Origin: Harriotta raleighana
Taxonomy: Eukaryota
Length of the DNA: 64,000 nucleotides
Direction: 5' to 3'
NCBI GenBank assembly: GCA_050575255.1
Contig: JBNZDD010013699.1
Location: 5,470,617-5,534,616 of the forward strand
Numbering within the stretch: the stretch's first letter is position 1; each line of letters starts with the position of its first letter. The translations under genes and the position numbers were made by a program. A model generated the notes under the pieces. The model saw only the letters and a program-made list of their open reading frames with translations, was not told where the DNA came from and did not search any database. Shown here in pieces: positions 26,105-39,259 of this stretch.

Positions 26105-26802
26105 CAGGTTTGACCCCCAAATTGTCCTTCCTCCCCCACATCCGGTTCCTCACCGGCACCACTTTTTTCCACCTCCGACGGATTGCCCGTCTCCGGCAAT
26201 GTCTCACCCCAAAAGCCACTGAAACCCTGGTCCATGTCTTTGTCCTCTCCCGGCTGGCCTATTCCAATGCCCTCCTCGCCAGTCTCCCTTCCACCACAAT
26301 CCATAAAATCCAACTAATTCAAAACTCTACCGCCCGCATTCTGACCCGCACCAAACTTCACTCCCCCATTACCCCAGTCCTTGCCAGACTTCACTGGCTC
26401 CCTGTCCCAGAGAGGATCGATTTCAAGATCCTCACCCTTGTTTTCACATCTCTCCACTCCTCTGCACCCCCCTACCTCTCCGTCCTCCTCTCGCTCAAAC
26501 CAGTACCTGTTGCTTTTGCTTTACCGGGTCTGGCCTCCTCCATGTCCCCCGAATTCTCCGCTCCACCATCAGTGGCCATGCCTTCAGCCGCTATGCCCCG
26601 AGGCTCTGAAACTCCCTTCCTCACTCCCTTCGCCTCGTCCTCTCTCTTCCCAGTTTCAGGTCTCAGCTAAAGACCTTTCTCTGTTACCGCGCCATTGGTC
26701 ACCTTTCTAGCCCTGCCCCTGGCTCGGACCTGGGATCCATTATTGTGAAGCTCTCTGAGAAACCGTCCGGTGTGAAGAGCGCTATATAAATCAAAGTTGT
26801 TT
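26105..26802 (+). mobile_element. Younger L2 3' fragment (tail type A)
   Basis: ORF 26110-26670 reads FFHLRRIARLR...LHWLPVPERIDFKIL; tail gcgctatataaatcaaagttgtt. Confidence 0.93.
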
Positions 26803-27186
26803 TAACATTTTTCAGCACCTTGGGACATCCTCTTGATATTAAAGGTGCTATACAAGTGTAACTTTGTTGTTGTTCAAGAATCTTTTTTGTAGCTACTCCT
26901 TATCTTCGAGTCTTAGTCCTTTTTACATTATTGATGTTTTTGGCTTCAGTCTTATCCCTGACCTCATAAAGAATCTCCACACCCCTCACAATGTTTACAA
27001 GAAGCCTATTTTCCTTTTCTCATCTCCAGCTTTCAAATACTTTCTCTTCATCACAATCCATTTAACTTTCTCTTTTCTTTCAAAGTTGCTACGGGCACTG
27101 CTTTTCTGAACTTTCCTTCCAAACTCCTCCCAATGTCAGAATATACCTTCCTTTACACTTCTCTCTTCTTCCTCATTGTGTCAAAA

Positions 27187-28075
27187 TAATAATCCTTGCA
27201 TTTGCTATAGCGCTTTTCATATCTTATCGATGTCTCAAAGCACTTCACAGAATATATTGTAAAGTGAATTGACAGTATATTCGTGGGCGAAATGCGGCAG
27301 CCAATTGAGCACAGCAGTGTCCCACAATTTCATCAAAGAGTACTGTGAAAACATATTGTTTCACAAGAAATGAGTCAATCAGTACAGTCGTGGATTGAAA
27401 TGACAATTTTAAAAATATTATTTATTATTTGTCTAGCATCTTTCTTACTTCACACTCTCTTTACCCAGCAAAAGGTAGAAACCCAGTTGTTTGTGGATTG
27501 GCAGATTGCTTTTTGGGGTTAATTTTCTTGCTTTTCTATCCTTTCAAAATAAATAAGTAAATAAATAATAATTTGGTCACTCAATCCACAACTGTTTGCA
27601 AGACATGACTGTGCACAATTGACTGCCACATTTCATCAACAAAATATACAGTCAATTTACTTTACAGTATATTTTGTGAAGCGCTTTAAGAGATCTCAAA
27701 GACATGATAAGACGCTGTATCAAATACAAGGATTATTATATTATTATATGAATCCTGTGGATTCCTGTAGCTCAGTGGTTAGAGCACTTGCCTTACAAGC
27801 GTGGGACCTGTGTTTCAAATAACAGGCAGGTCAGGGCGAAAATTTGGGGAAGTTTCTTTACTCCACATGCCTAATAATAATCCATCCCCAAAAAATCTAT
27901 AATAAATTGGTCATTTCAAGACTGTTGTGGGACACTGCCTTATGTAATTGGCTGCCGCATTTCGCCCACAAATATACAGTCAATTCACTTTACAGTACTG
28001 TATATTCTGTGAAGTGCTTTGAGATGTCTAGAAGATGTGAAAAGTGCTATATCAAATGCACGGATTATTATTATT
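27187..28075. mobile_element. SINE cluster: - strand partial (27187-27330), + long variant (about 27430-27745), + full short variant (27759-28075)
   Basis: Direct similarity to 8616-8925. Confidence 0.88.
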
Positions 28076-28338
28076 TTATACAGTGTCTATGACATTCAAA
28101 TATTAGAAGTACACAGCTGCTTCAGCAGTTGAGGTATTAAGTGTTATTGGCAAGAGGGCCGAGCATTGGGGGATAATGTTAAGGTCCTTTCGAATAGCTT
28201 CCTCCTGTTACTCCCAGCACCTTGAGATGTCCTGCCAACATGAAAGGCGTTATACAAATATAATTTTGTTGTTGTTGCGTAGTTTTCCTATGTTCCTAAT
28301 GTTCCTTGGGATAAATCAGATGCTGCTGTACTGCGTTC

Positions 28339-28357
28339 TAGCCGGCAGGTGGCAACA
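28339..28357 (+). promoter_or_regulatory. CTCF motif, forward orientation
   Basis: TAGCCGGCAGGTGGCAACA, preceded by CTGCTGTAC, which resembles the CTCF upstream module. Confidence 0.55.
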
Positions 28358-28964
28358 ATGTTCTATGTGTAGTCACAAACTGCTGTGGTCTCCTTGTAAT
28401 CCCTCAAAAATCTCTTGTCAACTTTTTGATGGTAGGAAGGCTGGGTTTCTCACACAAATGTTGTGGGTCATTAGGAAATGAACCTATGAGGTCACTCAGT
28501 CCAGAGCGATCTTAGTCAAGAGGCTATCATGACATTCCTGTCATCCGCTCGAGAAATACTACCTTAATAGTCTCGCAAATGCAACAACTACAACTTGCAT
28601 TTTTATAGAGCCCTTCATGTCTGATGGCATCTCGAAGTCCTGGGGGCTGATCATTCTCAGCCTTAATGCTCGTCATTTTATTTATTTTTGGGGCCGCTTG
28701 CAAAATGTAACATTCCTTAGTTCCACTAATGCGATTCACAAGTTCCCCAAGAGAGGGTTAAAAAGGTTGGAAAAAAAAGTCCTTCGTTTGATTTCATCCT
28801 TCGAGAATACCAACCCTACCATCTTCTGTGGAGGACAAGCACGGATGAATGAGGTCAGCACGTACGAATAAATATGTTTTGAAAACACTTGTGACCATCC
28901 AAGTATTGATTAGAGCCAACTTCTTCATTGTACTACAAAGAGCTCGAGCACATAAAAGGGTCTA

Positions 28965-29668
28965 TTCAGCAAAGGACTAACTACCAAATTCCAATCATCT
29001 GTCAGAAAATACAGGACAATGATTACATTCAGTCATAATAATAACATTCTACCCAAAGAAAGAAACCTGGTTTCTATATGTCTGTTTGAAACAATGGCTT
29101 CCTTGTCATCTAACATGATTATATTGGTATAGTTTGGCCTTCATGTTTGAAAGACTATATCGTGTCCAACAGCCATATGTGTCAGGTTGAGTCCAAGTGC
29201 ATTGCAACCCCACTTCCGGTATTGAAATCACGTGTTCTTGCGATTAATTGACCCAAAATATCAATTTGCATATTTTGACTTTGCTTCAAAAGTGCCTCTC
29301 AAATTTTAATCAATATCAAATGCTGTCCACATTGTTTTGGACAGTTTTCTAATCTCGCTCCTGGCACTGTTAATTCCTTCCATGGGACCTTCACGGCTGC
29401 AATATTCCTTGTACAGTAGTTGTACATACAAACCATAGTCTGGTATATAACCATGCCCGGAATTTTACATCTTTCAATCTCAATGTAAAGGTGTAAAGGT
29501 CATTCAAACTTTTAGCAAAGTATCGAGAAATATTTTTCAACAAAGGACTAACTTACCATATTCCAATCGTCTGTCAGATAAATACAATAATACAATAATT
29601 ACCTTCAGTTTTAATAGTCACATTCTACCCAAAGAAAAAATAACTGGTTTCTGAACGGCTGTTTGAAA
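28965..29668. repeat. Pair of diverged direct repeats of about 130 bp (28965-29091, 29536-29668) flanking about 445 bp of unique sequence
   Basis: caaaggactaac..ttccaatc.tctgtcaga...cattctacccaaagaaa...ctggtttct...ctgtttgaaa appears twice. Confidence 0.9.
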
Positions 29669-30127
29669 TGTCTCTGGAAAGACAAACAAGATTCCTCCCC
29701 AAAGAGGAAAATATCATTGTATTCAAAATACATAATCTAGGCCCAGTTTGTAGAACTTCACTTCTGGGTAAGGTGGTTGGGGTTGTGACAACCAGAACTG
29801 CCACAGAACTTTAATTGTAGCATTATACTTCAGCAGGACTTCTGGGCATCCTAACAGTATAGCTTTTGTGAAAAAAAGGAAACATATCTGTTTGTTTCCC
29901 ATCTGTCAAAACCTCTTCAGTGATGATTTATTTATTGGTCAGCTGAGTCTCATGAGGAATCGCATCACTATGCTAAATAGTATCAGACTGAGAGCTCTAC
30001 ATATGTATGCCATCCACATATAGCAAACTTTCCTGTGTCTCAAATGCAAACTCTCTCTCTCTGGAAAGGTGTATCTTGCTTACCTTTTCCAGATAGTATT
30101 AGGCATGGGTGATTAACTTCATCGAAT

Positions 30128-30419
30128 ATAATAATAATAGCACTTTTGATATAGCACTTTTCATGTCTTCTAGATGTCTCAAAGCACTTCACCGAATATA
30201 CTGTAAAGTGAATTGACGTATATATGTGGGTGAAATGTGGCAGTCAATTGCACACAGTGGTGTCCTACAAACAGTCACGGATTGAAATGACTAATTTTGT
30301 GTGGGATTATTATCAGGCATGTGGAGAAAGCAAACTTGCCCAAGGTTTCGCTCTACCAGGAATCGAACTCAGGTATCCTGCTTGCGAGGCATGTGCTCTC
30401 ACCACTGAGTTACAGCACT
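30128..30419 (-). mobile_element. Full-length SINE (short variant)
   Basis: Reverse complement of tail, body and tRNA-like head. Confidence 0.9.
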
Positions 30420-30751
30420 TTACATGCACAATCCTAATACTACCATGCTTAAAAGTATCCAAATAGAGTTCACACATACATATGAGAACTGCACATGGAA
30501 ATCTATCTCTCTGTCCCTGGAATACACATCATCATCTTCCTGAAAGGATGCACCTTGTTTAGTTAATTAGGTACAGTGTTGGTGCAGTACTCTATGAGTT
30601 GCTGGTTTGTGACAGTTCATGCATCAAAACTGCTTACAACTTTACAATCAGAAATATTGTCCTACCTTTCACGTTTTTGTCATCCCTGTCTGATCATAAT
30701 GAATGTCCCTTCCCTTTCAGCAGAATAAAACGGATGATTCAGTAATTATAC

Positions 30752-30770
30752 TGGCCAGTAGATGGCAGCA
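30752..30770 (+). promoter_or_regulatory. CTCF motif, forward orientation
   Basis: TGGCCAGTAGATGGCAGCA, near-consensus. Confidence 0.72.
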
Positions 30771-30867
30771 TTACCACATAGATTTTAGGGGATGGGTGGG
30801 TGTTGATAATGCTTCAATCAAATCCCAGTGCAATCAATCGGACACTTTTGTACAAGTGTTAGACTTC

Positions 30868-31640
30868 ACATAGAATGACACAGAATGATACACCATGGAA
30901 ACAAGTCATTTTTGGCCCAACTATTCCCTGTCGATGTTATATTCCACATGAGCCTCTCCCCAAACTAATACCCTCTCCCATATCCCTCTTAGTCCCCTCG
31001 GTCACATTCATCAAATTTTCTCTTAAATATAATTTCAGGGCAGAAACCAGGAAGTTTTTCTTTACTCAAAGGTTAATCAAGGACTGGAACAGGTAGCAGG
31101 GGTCTGGATAGTGGATTTAAAGAGCAGCTTGATGCTGTGTTGGGGGAGTGGGAAAGTGGATTGCTGGAAAAATGACATTGGATGGTATAAAGGGTCTTCT
31201 TCATCCAAACCTATCTTGTGATCTTTTCGATTCACCAAGAAATGGAAACAGACTATTAACACTCACCTTATTGAATTATTCCATAATTTTAAAGAGTCAT
31301 TAGGTCGCCTCTCAACTTGCTTATTCTCCAGAGGAAAAAGCTCTAACCTGTCCAATCCTTCTTTGTACTGTGTAGTTGTATCCTGTCATCTCTGGTAACA
31401 TCCCAGTAAATCTGCACTAGACTCTTTCCATTGCGACAATATCCTTCCTATAGAATGGCGCACAATACTCCAAATGTGGAACAATCAAGATTATATACAA
31501 CTTTCATTATATATCCCTACTTATATATTCTATTCTTCTGGATGTAAAGCCAAGCATTTCATTTTGCATTCTTTGTGGGCTTGTCCACTTGTGCTGTGAC
31601 ATTTAGAATCATGTGAATCAAAATCTTTAGATCCCTTTTA
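30868..31640. mobile_element. CR1 fragments: - strand 3' end and RT, with a + strand CR1 3' end at about 31030-31225
   Basis: ORF remnant FRAETRKFFFTQRLIKDWN; antisense CR1 RT sequence (aatactccaaatgtgg) at about 31460. Confidence 0.7.
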
Positions 31641-32079
31641 AGGTCTTACCATTTGGGGATAGACAATTCATTTATATTCATTTAGTTCAAGTATCTTAAT
31701 TCTTCATATTATTCTTTTTTTTCTCTTTATGATTATTATTATTATATCAGTGGCCCATGACAAAGAAAAATAAACTGAAGGGTAGGACACAAGCGATACA
31801 GAACAATCATTAGGCATTTTCATATTGAGTTTGAAATCGAATCAAACGTTATCGTACTTTAGATAATATTGTGAAGCAAATTACCTCAGTGTAAAAGCAA
31901 CTTGGCACAAGGGGGAAATCCAAAACGTCATTTCTTTTTGAGTGAGCTATTATGAGCCATTACTTCTTTTTACAGTCAATGAAGTTAAAGAACTTGCCCA
32001 TAGGTACTTACTGGTAAGTGTGGTGATTGCTTAAGTGCTCCAAGATGCGAATTCGCGTGAAGAACACTATGTAGATCCA

Positions 32080-32480
32080 AGTTGCTGTTGTTGTTCACAA
32101 GATATACTGTAAAGTACAGTGAGTGTTTCTTTCGTAGAGAAATGCAGCAGTCAATTTATACACATAATGTTTCACAAACAGCCATGAAAAGAATAACTTT
32201 TATCTTAGTTGGTGGATTGTTGAGATGGACTATGGGAGAAACCCTCTTCTCTTTTGAATAAAGTGCCACAGGATATTTGATAGCCAGCTGAACTAACAGT
32301 TTAATATTTCATCTGATGGAGGCACCCACTGCAATGCAACAGCCCCTGCCCCGTTCCTTCCTCCCGACCCACCACCACCAACACTGGAGTGTCAGACTGG
32401 ACAAGATATATTCAAAGTCTCCCTGTGAGCCTACAACTTCCGATTCAAAGACAAGAGTGACACTAACTGAACCAGGCTTA
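32080..32480 (-). mobile_element. Old Deu-domain SINE
   Basis: aagtgccacaggatatttg...gtttaatatttcatctga...actggagtgtcagactgg...actaactgaaccaggc. Confidence 0.65.
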
Positions 32481-32589
32481 GATTTGTTATGTTGCAGTCA
32501 ATTTCCAATTCATGACTTCTTTTTAAATGATATTCGCTCAAAACCAAAGTGGAAGATAAGTGTCAGTCAGTACCTGTGAGCTCAGGCTT

Positions 32590-32890
32590 AAAACCAGAGG
32601 TAAACCTAGAACAATATTTGAAGATATTTTCAGATGTCGCAAGCAATAGAACGAGAGCACAAGTTCAGGGTTGTGAAGAGTAATTTTCAGAACAGACTCC
32701 TGTTTATATTTGTTTTTCATAGTGGTTAGTTACACAATGGAACAATTAATTGATTGAGGACAGGACAGTGGATTCATTTAAAAAAAAAACAGTTTGATGC
32801 TGTGATGGGAGGATGGATGGGTGGGTATATTGTAAGGATGGCTTCAAGTAGGTCGAAGGGTTTCTTGATCTTGTAAACTGACCTTATCCA
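32590..32890 (+). mobile_element. CR1 3' end, degraded
   Basis: tttttcatagtggttagttacacaatggaac...catttaaaaaaaaaacagtttgatgctg. Confidence 0.6.
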
Positions 32891-34548
32891 CTTGAGGGCA
32901 TATTTGCATGTTCCTGGCATTGCAAAAGCACATCATGAATCTGCCACGGCATGGAACAAAATATGATATGATAATATGATATATGATATGATATTTATTT
33001 TCTATTTTAGTGTACAGAAAGTTAATTGGGTTTACCGCTGAGGGTAAAACATTGAATCGCTCTGAGACGCCATCCGGAGTGGAGGGTGCGATATAAATCG
33101 AACTTGTTGTTGTTGTTGAATGTTGTCAAGTTAGGTGAGCTTCATCCCCATGATGATTTTAGTGAAAGTGGAGTTAAAGCAGTAAAGACTGAAGCTCCCA
33201 CAATACAATCTAGTTTTGAAGCAGTTTCCATGAGTTGATGTGATGCATGCAGCATATTATCAGTTACAAGAAGAATGCTCAACTAANTTCTCAATTGAGG
33301 ATTTGCATATAAATTGTAATTTTAGTCCCAAATATTTGGACGATGAATGAGGCACTACTGATTATTGATCTCACCAAAGACTCATTATGCCAGTATCATA
33401 ATGTATGTTTCCTTATGCAGTCAGCTAATAACTCTAGATTTATTTCAGCTTCTCTCTTGTCAATTTATATCCAATCCAAGAAACACACATTTGAAGATCA
33501 TCAAGACCAGGGGTTCAAACCCAACCAAGTTCTTGTTTTAAGATTATTGCTGCCTACTTTGATTCCATAATTACAGTGCAATTTACATTTATAAAGCATG
33601 TTGGGAGGACTGTTTAGCTTGCATTATATTTCCATTGAAATAATTATTACTAATATTATTTTATCATTGCTGTTGATAATTTGTTGCCTCAATCCCTCAG
33701 CCTTGCTTCCTCTTTGGACATCAAAGCACTTTGCAGTGCTGGCTGGACACCTGAGCAGATGGGGGAGGGGAAGTATACACCTAAAACACAATCAAAGAAT
33801 TAAGTCTTCAGTCAGGCTTTGAAGTGGGGGTGGGAGCCAGTGGTGCTGAACAAGTCTGTGAGTGATAGGCTTGCAGAGTGTCATCTGAGAGAGGACACGG
33901 GCTGCCAAGTGCTGAATGGTTACTTTATGTTGTGGGAAAATTTTGCACATTGTCTATCCAATGAAGGGGTTATTACTGTTATTATTTTATCATTGTTGCT
34001 GATGAATTGTTGCCTCAATCCCACTGCTTTAACACTCTCTGCTATCTCTCTTTTCCTCCTGGTTCAGCATCACATCTCACAACAGTTGAGGATTCTATGA
34101 TGCTCCCCCATGATGGGTGCTATGATAATACTAATTGTAGTTAATACTTTGTAACTAGGATAAAGCATTTATCCCTATTGCGGTCAATACACCTTTACCT
34201 AATGCTTGTTTTACCTTCAATACCAGCCGGCATCTTTTCTCAATTCTCCAACTCACTGCACTGTTTTGATATCTTTCCATCACGTCACAATAGGCTGCTG
34301 TGCTTCAGCTAAACCAACAAGTATCTATCATCAACTGACTAACTGACTCACATGACAATTCACTACTTCCTCACTGTTATGCTTTTCAATCTACGTGATG
34401 TTCTAATCTACTGTTAACTATATCAATTGCTTTACACCCCAAATGTGCCACATTTAATTTTTTTTTCCCCGATTCTTTTGCTATTCAGAAGGAAGAGCTA
34501 ATAATAGACCACACTAGCTCTTTAAATGCAAAACAAGGTCATGTACTT

Positions 34549-34795
34549 ACAACAACAAATTGCATTTATACAGTGCCTGTCATGCTGGATGGTGTCTCGG
34601 AGCACTTAACAGTCACAGACCCCGGATGCCAAGCCAGCGGAAGGGGAAACGTGACCGTAGGCACGATTGAAGAGGGAGGTCTTCAAGTGCGACCTGAAAA
34701 TGAAGAAGGAGGCAAGGAGAAGGGATTGAGGGGGAGAGTTCCACCGCATTGGGGTGCAGTGATTGAAAGCATGGATGTCGATAGTGGGGTGGAGA
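34549..34795 (-). mobile_element. L2 3' end
   Basis: caacaacaaattgcatttatac; antisense ORF WNSPPQSL...HLKTSLFNRAY. Confidence 0.8.
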
Positions 34796-35389
34796 GTCTC
34801 CTTGTAGGCCTTCCCGGCTCCTCCATCCACAAGCTGCAGGTCATCCAGAACTCTGCAGCTCATGTACTCTCCCGCACCAGGCTTCGAGACCACATCACTC
34901 CCACCCTCGCCCGTCTCCACTGGCTCCCCATCCCCCAGAGGATCGAATTCAAGATCCTCATCCTCACCTACAAGGCCATTCACGGCCTTTCTCCCTCCTA
35001 CCTCTCTGACCTCCTATCCCCCTATCTACCTGCCCGTACCCTCCGTTCCTCTGGTACTGGTCTGCTCCACATCCCCTGCCCTAACCGTCCTACCATCGGC
35101 GGCCGGGCTTTCAGCCGATCAGCCCCCAGGCTCTGGAACTCCAACCCCCTGTGATTTCGCCTCGCTTCCTCCCTTTCCTCTTTCAAGGCTGGTCTCAAGA
35201 CCTTTCTCTTCGACCGTGCCTTCAGCTCCCCTCTCAAGTCTCTACCCCCTCCTTGCTCCCACCCTTCCCCCCCCTCGCCCTGAACATTTTCCCTTGCTCG
35301 GGTCCTGAACCAATCTGTCCAGCGCCTTGGGACGTCCTCCTGACGTGAAACACACTCTATAAGTGTAATTTTGTTGTTGTTGTTGTTGT
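34796..35389 (+). mobile_element. Young L2 3' fragment (tail type B)
   Basis: LQVIQNSAAHVL...HITPTLARLHWLPIPQRIEFKILILTYKA...GGRAFSRSAPRLWNS; tail gggacgtcctcctgacgtgaaa...(TTG)n. Confidence 0.95.
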
Positions 35390-35391
35390 AG

Positions 35392-35600
35392 AGGACTAGG
35401 AGGGGGCCAGAACCAGTTGAGCGGGGGTAGTGGGTAGTGGTGTAGGGAGAGAGCAGGTTGGAGAGATGGGTGGGGGGGAGTGAACAGGACGTGATGGGAT
35501 TTAAATACATGAGCATCTTGAAATCGATCCGCTCTGTGACACGAGCCAATAGAGTTTGATAAGGACTGAGGTAATGGAGGTACAGAGTTCAGTGCAGAGT
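35392..35600 (-). mobile_element. L2 fragment
   Basis: Antisense ERIDFKML...HLSNLLSPY. Confidence 0.75.
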
Positions 35601-36184
35601 ATAGTTTGGTACTTAATTGTTCCTCTTTAGAAACTCGTGTATTTCTTTGTCGCTGGTGTGAAAGTTGTTTTGTAATTGTTTTATCGCTGAATGTCAGGAA
35701 ATGTATTCACAGTTATAAACATTGACTACGTTTGTAATCCAGAGTGAGCCTCTGCAATTGAAAAGTGTTGGGGACACCAGGTCAAATTCTAGTATTGACC
35801 AGGATTCAGAAAAAAGTTAACAGATTCAATAGAGAGAGGAGTGGGAGTTGGAGGAGGAGGGAAGAGAGTCCGGGAATACTAGCCACGGGGAGTAGGGTCA
35901 ATTCCTGTATTTCTCACCCACTCCCCTTGCTGTTTGGATTCAGAAGTAACACAAGCCTTGTTATGGTCCCTTTATACTCAGGCAGAATGCTGCTTCACTC
36001 CAGGCAACAAAGCAATATGAAGCAGGAAATACAGTCAATACTTCCCTCTCAACACACCTCTGCAAGTTTTATGTAACAGCTAATTTTAAGGATTTTGGAG
36101 CACTGAAATCCGCATTACATTTTAATAGTACAATACAATACATTTTGCAAAGAGTGGACAGTATGGAAACAGGCAACTTGGTGC

Positions 36185-36501
36185 AATAATAATAATAATC
36201 CTTGTATTTGATATAGTGCTTTACACATCTTCTAGACATCTCAAAGCGCTTCACAGGATTCACTGTAAAGGGAATTGACTGTATATTTGTTTTGTGGGCA
36301 AAAGGCGGCAGCCAATTGCATACAGCAGTGTCCCACAAACAGTCGTGGATTGAAATGATCAATTTATTATTGCTTATTTTTGAGGGATTATTAGTGGGCA
36401 TGTGGAGTAAGGAAATTTACCCAAGGTTTGGCCCTGCTGGGATTGAACCCAGGTGTCTTTCTTGGAAGGCAATTGCTCTAACCACTGAGCTACAGAACCC
36501 C
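36185..36501 (-). mobile_element. Full-length SINE (short variant)
   Basis: Ends ctctaaccactgagctacag. Confidence 0.9.
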
Positions 36502-37789
36502 ACAATCATTCCATGCAGATGTTTATACTCCACATGAGTCTTCTCCCACTCGTTATTCCCTCCTATACCATTTCATTCCTTTCTTCTTCATGTGAAGGTC
36601 GAGCCTTCTGCTGAATGCATCCGAGTCAACCACCGACTCAGGCAGTGAGGTAATAATAATAATCTTTGCATTTGATGTAGCGTCTTATCAAGTCTTCGAG
36701 ATGACTCTAAGCACTTCACATAATATACTCTGAAGTAAATTAACTGAATATTTTGTGGGGAAAATTGTGGGCAAGCGTGCACAATGTAATTTATTCTTGC
36801 TGACGTGAAAAGTGCTATTCCAATGTAATTTTGTTGTTGTTGTTGCCTTATTTATAGTGTGTGGGAACAGGTTTCCAAATCAATTCACTCTGAATCTTTC
36901 TCTAAATTATCATGCGAATGGGACGAAGAGGGAAGACTTTCAGGGATCCAGGGAAGGAGCAGACTTGATGGACAAAAATTCCTGTTTTTCATTTGTTCTA
37001 ATATTCCAAGACAGAAACCAAATCCTTGAAAAGATTTTTTTTCCATTATATGTCACCTTGTGAAGATCGTGACAGACATTTGTAATTACTACTTTCTCTG
37101 AGGGCAAGCTAATAAAACTCCAATACAGAATGAGTATATTTGTATCAGATATGAGTAAAAAATTATTGAATGATTGCAAGTTATAGCTTTAAACGGCATA
37201 ATGATGTGTTCAAGAGCTGACAGCAGATGATATATGAAGCGTAATATAAAAGACAGTCTCGATGATGAATGGCTGCAGATGAATTATACACAGATACAAT
37301 CCAATGATAGGGACAATGTAAGTGCCTCTAGAATAGTGAATGCCAGGCTACTCACGCCGCCATTATTATTGACTGATAATAAAGAGGCACAAATTAAAAA
37401 GGTTTTAAATTAATAGTGATAAAAACGTCAATCCTTATTGAATGAAGGGCTTATTACTGTAAGGTAACCCTGCAAAGCAATAGTCATTAGCAAAATATCT
37501 GTCACAAGGCTTTAAAGTAATATACCAGTGAAGGAGGGCAATTATCACAATGGTGTTAGTGCGTAGGCTGGTGCTTTGCTGTTGATTTTCATTGAAACAA
37601 TCTGTTCTAACCTGTCCCAACCCCATTACTACATCTCCTCCACTTGTTTCTTGCATCATGCCCACATGTTCATCTTTGGTATACTCAAGGATTTGGCTCT
37701 TCTACTATCTTCTTGCTGCTCATTGGAATGTTCTGTGTGCTACTGAACTCGGACACACACGTATAAAGTGCAATTTATCTCAGCCATAC

Positions 37790-38140
37790 TTCAACACTGA
37801 CCTCAGGAAGGGAGAAATGTCCATAGGCACAGTCAAAGAGGAAGTTTCTTCAAGTGTGATCTGAAGACAGGCAAGGACAAGATAAATTGGAGGGATTGAG
37901 GGCAGATAGTTCTATAGACTCAGGGCACAAGTGGCTGCAAGGCAGAACTGCCGATGGTGGGCTGGAGGGGGACCAGGGATGTGCAAGAGACTGGAGCCAG
38001 CTGAGCGAAGGGAGTGGATAGTGGAGTAGAGTACATGCAGGTTGGAGAGGTAAGCAAGTGCCAGACTATGAAGTGATTTGTATCCGAGTGTGAGGATCTT
38101 GAAATCAATCTGTTCTGCAATGGGGAGCCAATGAAATTTG
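37790..38140 (-). mobile_element. L2 3' fragment
   Basis: Antisense FHWLPIAEQIDFKILTLGYKSLH. Confidence 0.85.
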
Positions 38141-39259
38141 GTAGCCAAAGTGGTAGCTAGCAATAATTCTTGTATTTGAATTAGCATCTTTATCACGTCA
38201 TTGAAAACACCTCATGGGATTCACTACAAAGAGCAGTGACCATGCATTTAGAGGGGAACAATTTGCAATGTCCCACAAACACCCATGAAGTAAATGACCA
38301 ATTTTACCTGAGGGATGGTTGGCTAGAAAAAGTATTACTGAACTCAAATACGTTTGTGTAAAGCGCTATTGAATTCACACACATCGGAACGGTATCACTC
38401 AACTTTGGCGCATAACACTAACAATAATAATGTCTGCATTTGACTCAGCATCTATAATGTCAAAATATCTTAAAGTAAGTTCACAGGTAATTTCTATTAG
38501 GTAACAAATCTGGTGACTGAGTTCTGAGACGCCGTCCGGCCATCCGGTGTGGAGGGCGCTATATAAATCAAAGTTGTTGAATGTATGGTTTATTTGTACA
38601 TATGTCAACAATTTGTACTCAGCAAGGTCGAATCAACATCTACAAATAAAAGAATTATAGGCAGAGTGGGGGTTGAGTCTAGCTGAGAGTGTTAAAATGA
38701 CACAGAGGGGCGAAGTCTAGCTGAGAGAATGTCAGGCAGGGAAAGAAATTGGAGAAATATTTTCGAAAGAAAAATAATAAGGTTTATGTGGAAAGGGAAG
38801 AGGAGTTGGTCTTCATGCATAGCTCATTCATGCTCACAATAAGCTGTGCTGTAAATTTCTATATTTCGTGGAATATGACAATTGTGTTTCAAGAGCAAGC
38901 ATTTCTGAGCTTAACAGCGAGGAAATAGAGCACCTTGGAGCTGCTGATCATTCTTCTGATGAAAACAGAGGAAAGCAATTCCAGAATGCAGAGGTTCAAG
39001 GACAGAACGTTGCTTTAATAGCATACTTGGGTTAACCAGAGTGAGTGAAGCTGAATCCATTAGGTACTGGAGGCACTTAACGCAGGTTTGAAAAGGTTGC
39101 TTCTGAAGGATTGATCAGGGAACTTATTTCAAACACCTTTGTCTGAAAGAAAGAACTGTGTGTGTGTGTATCTGTGAGTATGTTTATTTGCATGTATAGA
39201 AGCTTTTGCACATTTTTTTTTCAAAATGAGACGCCTCGGATCTACCTGATACCACATAT

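Noticed and set aside
26810-26832. REST/RE1 site TTCAGCACCTTGGGACAT
   Set aside because: Half-site spacing is off by one, the right half is degenerate, and it is part of an L2 tail.
4068-35308. Longest ORFs (142, 235, 186, 193 aa) as host genes
   Set aside because: All are L2 ORF2 remnants or their alternative frames, with frameshifts and 5' truncation.
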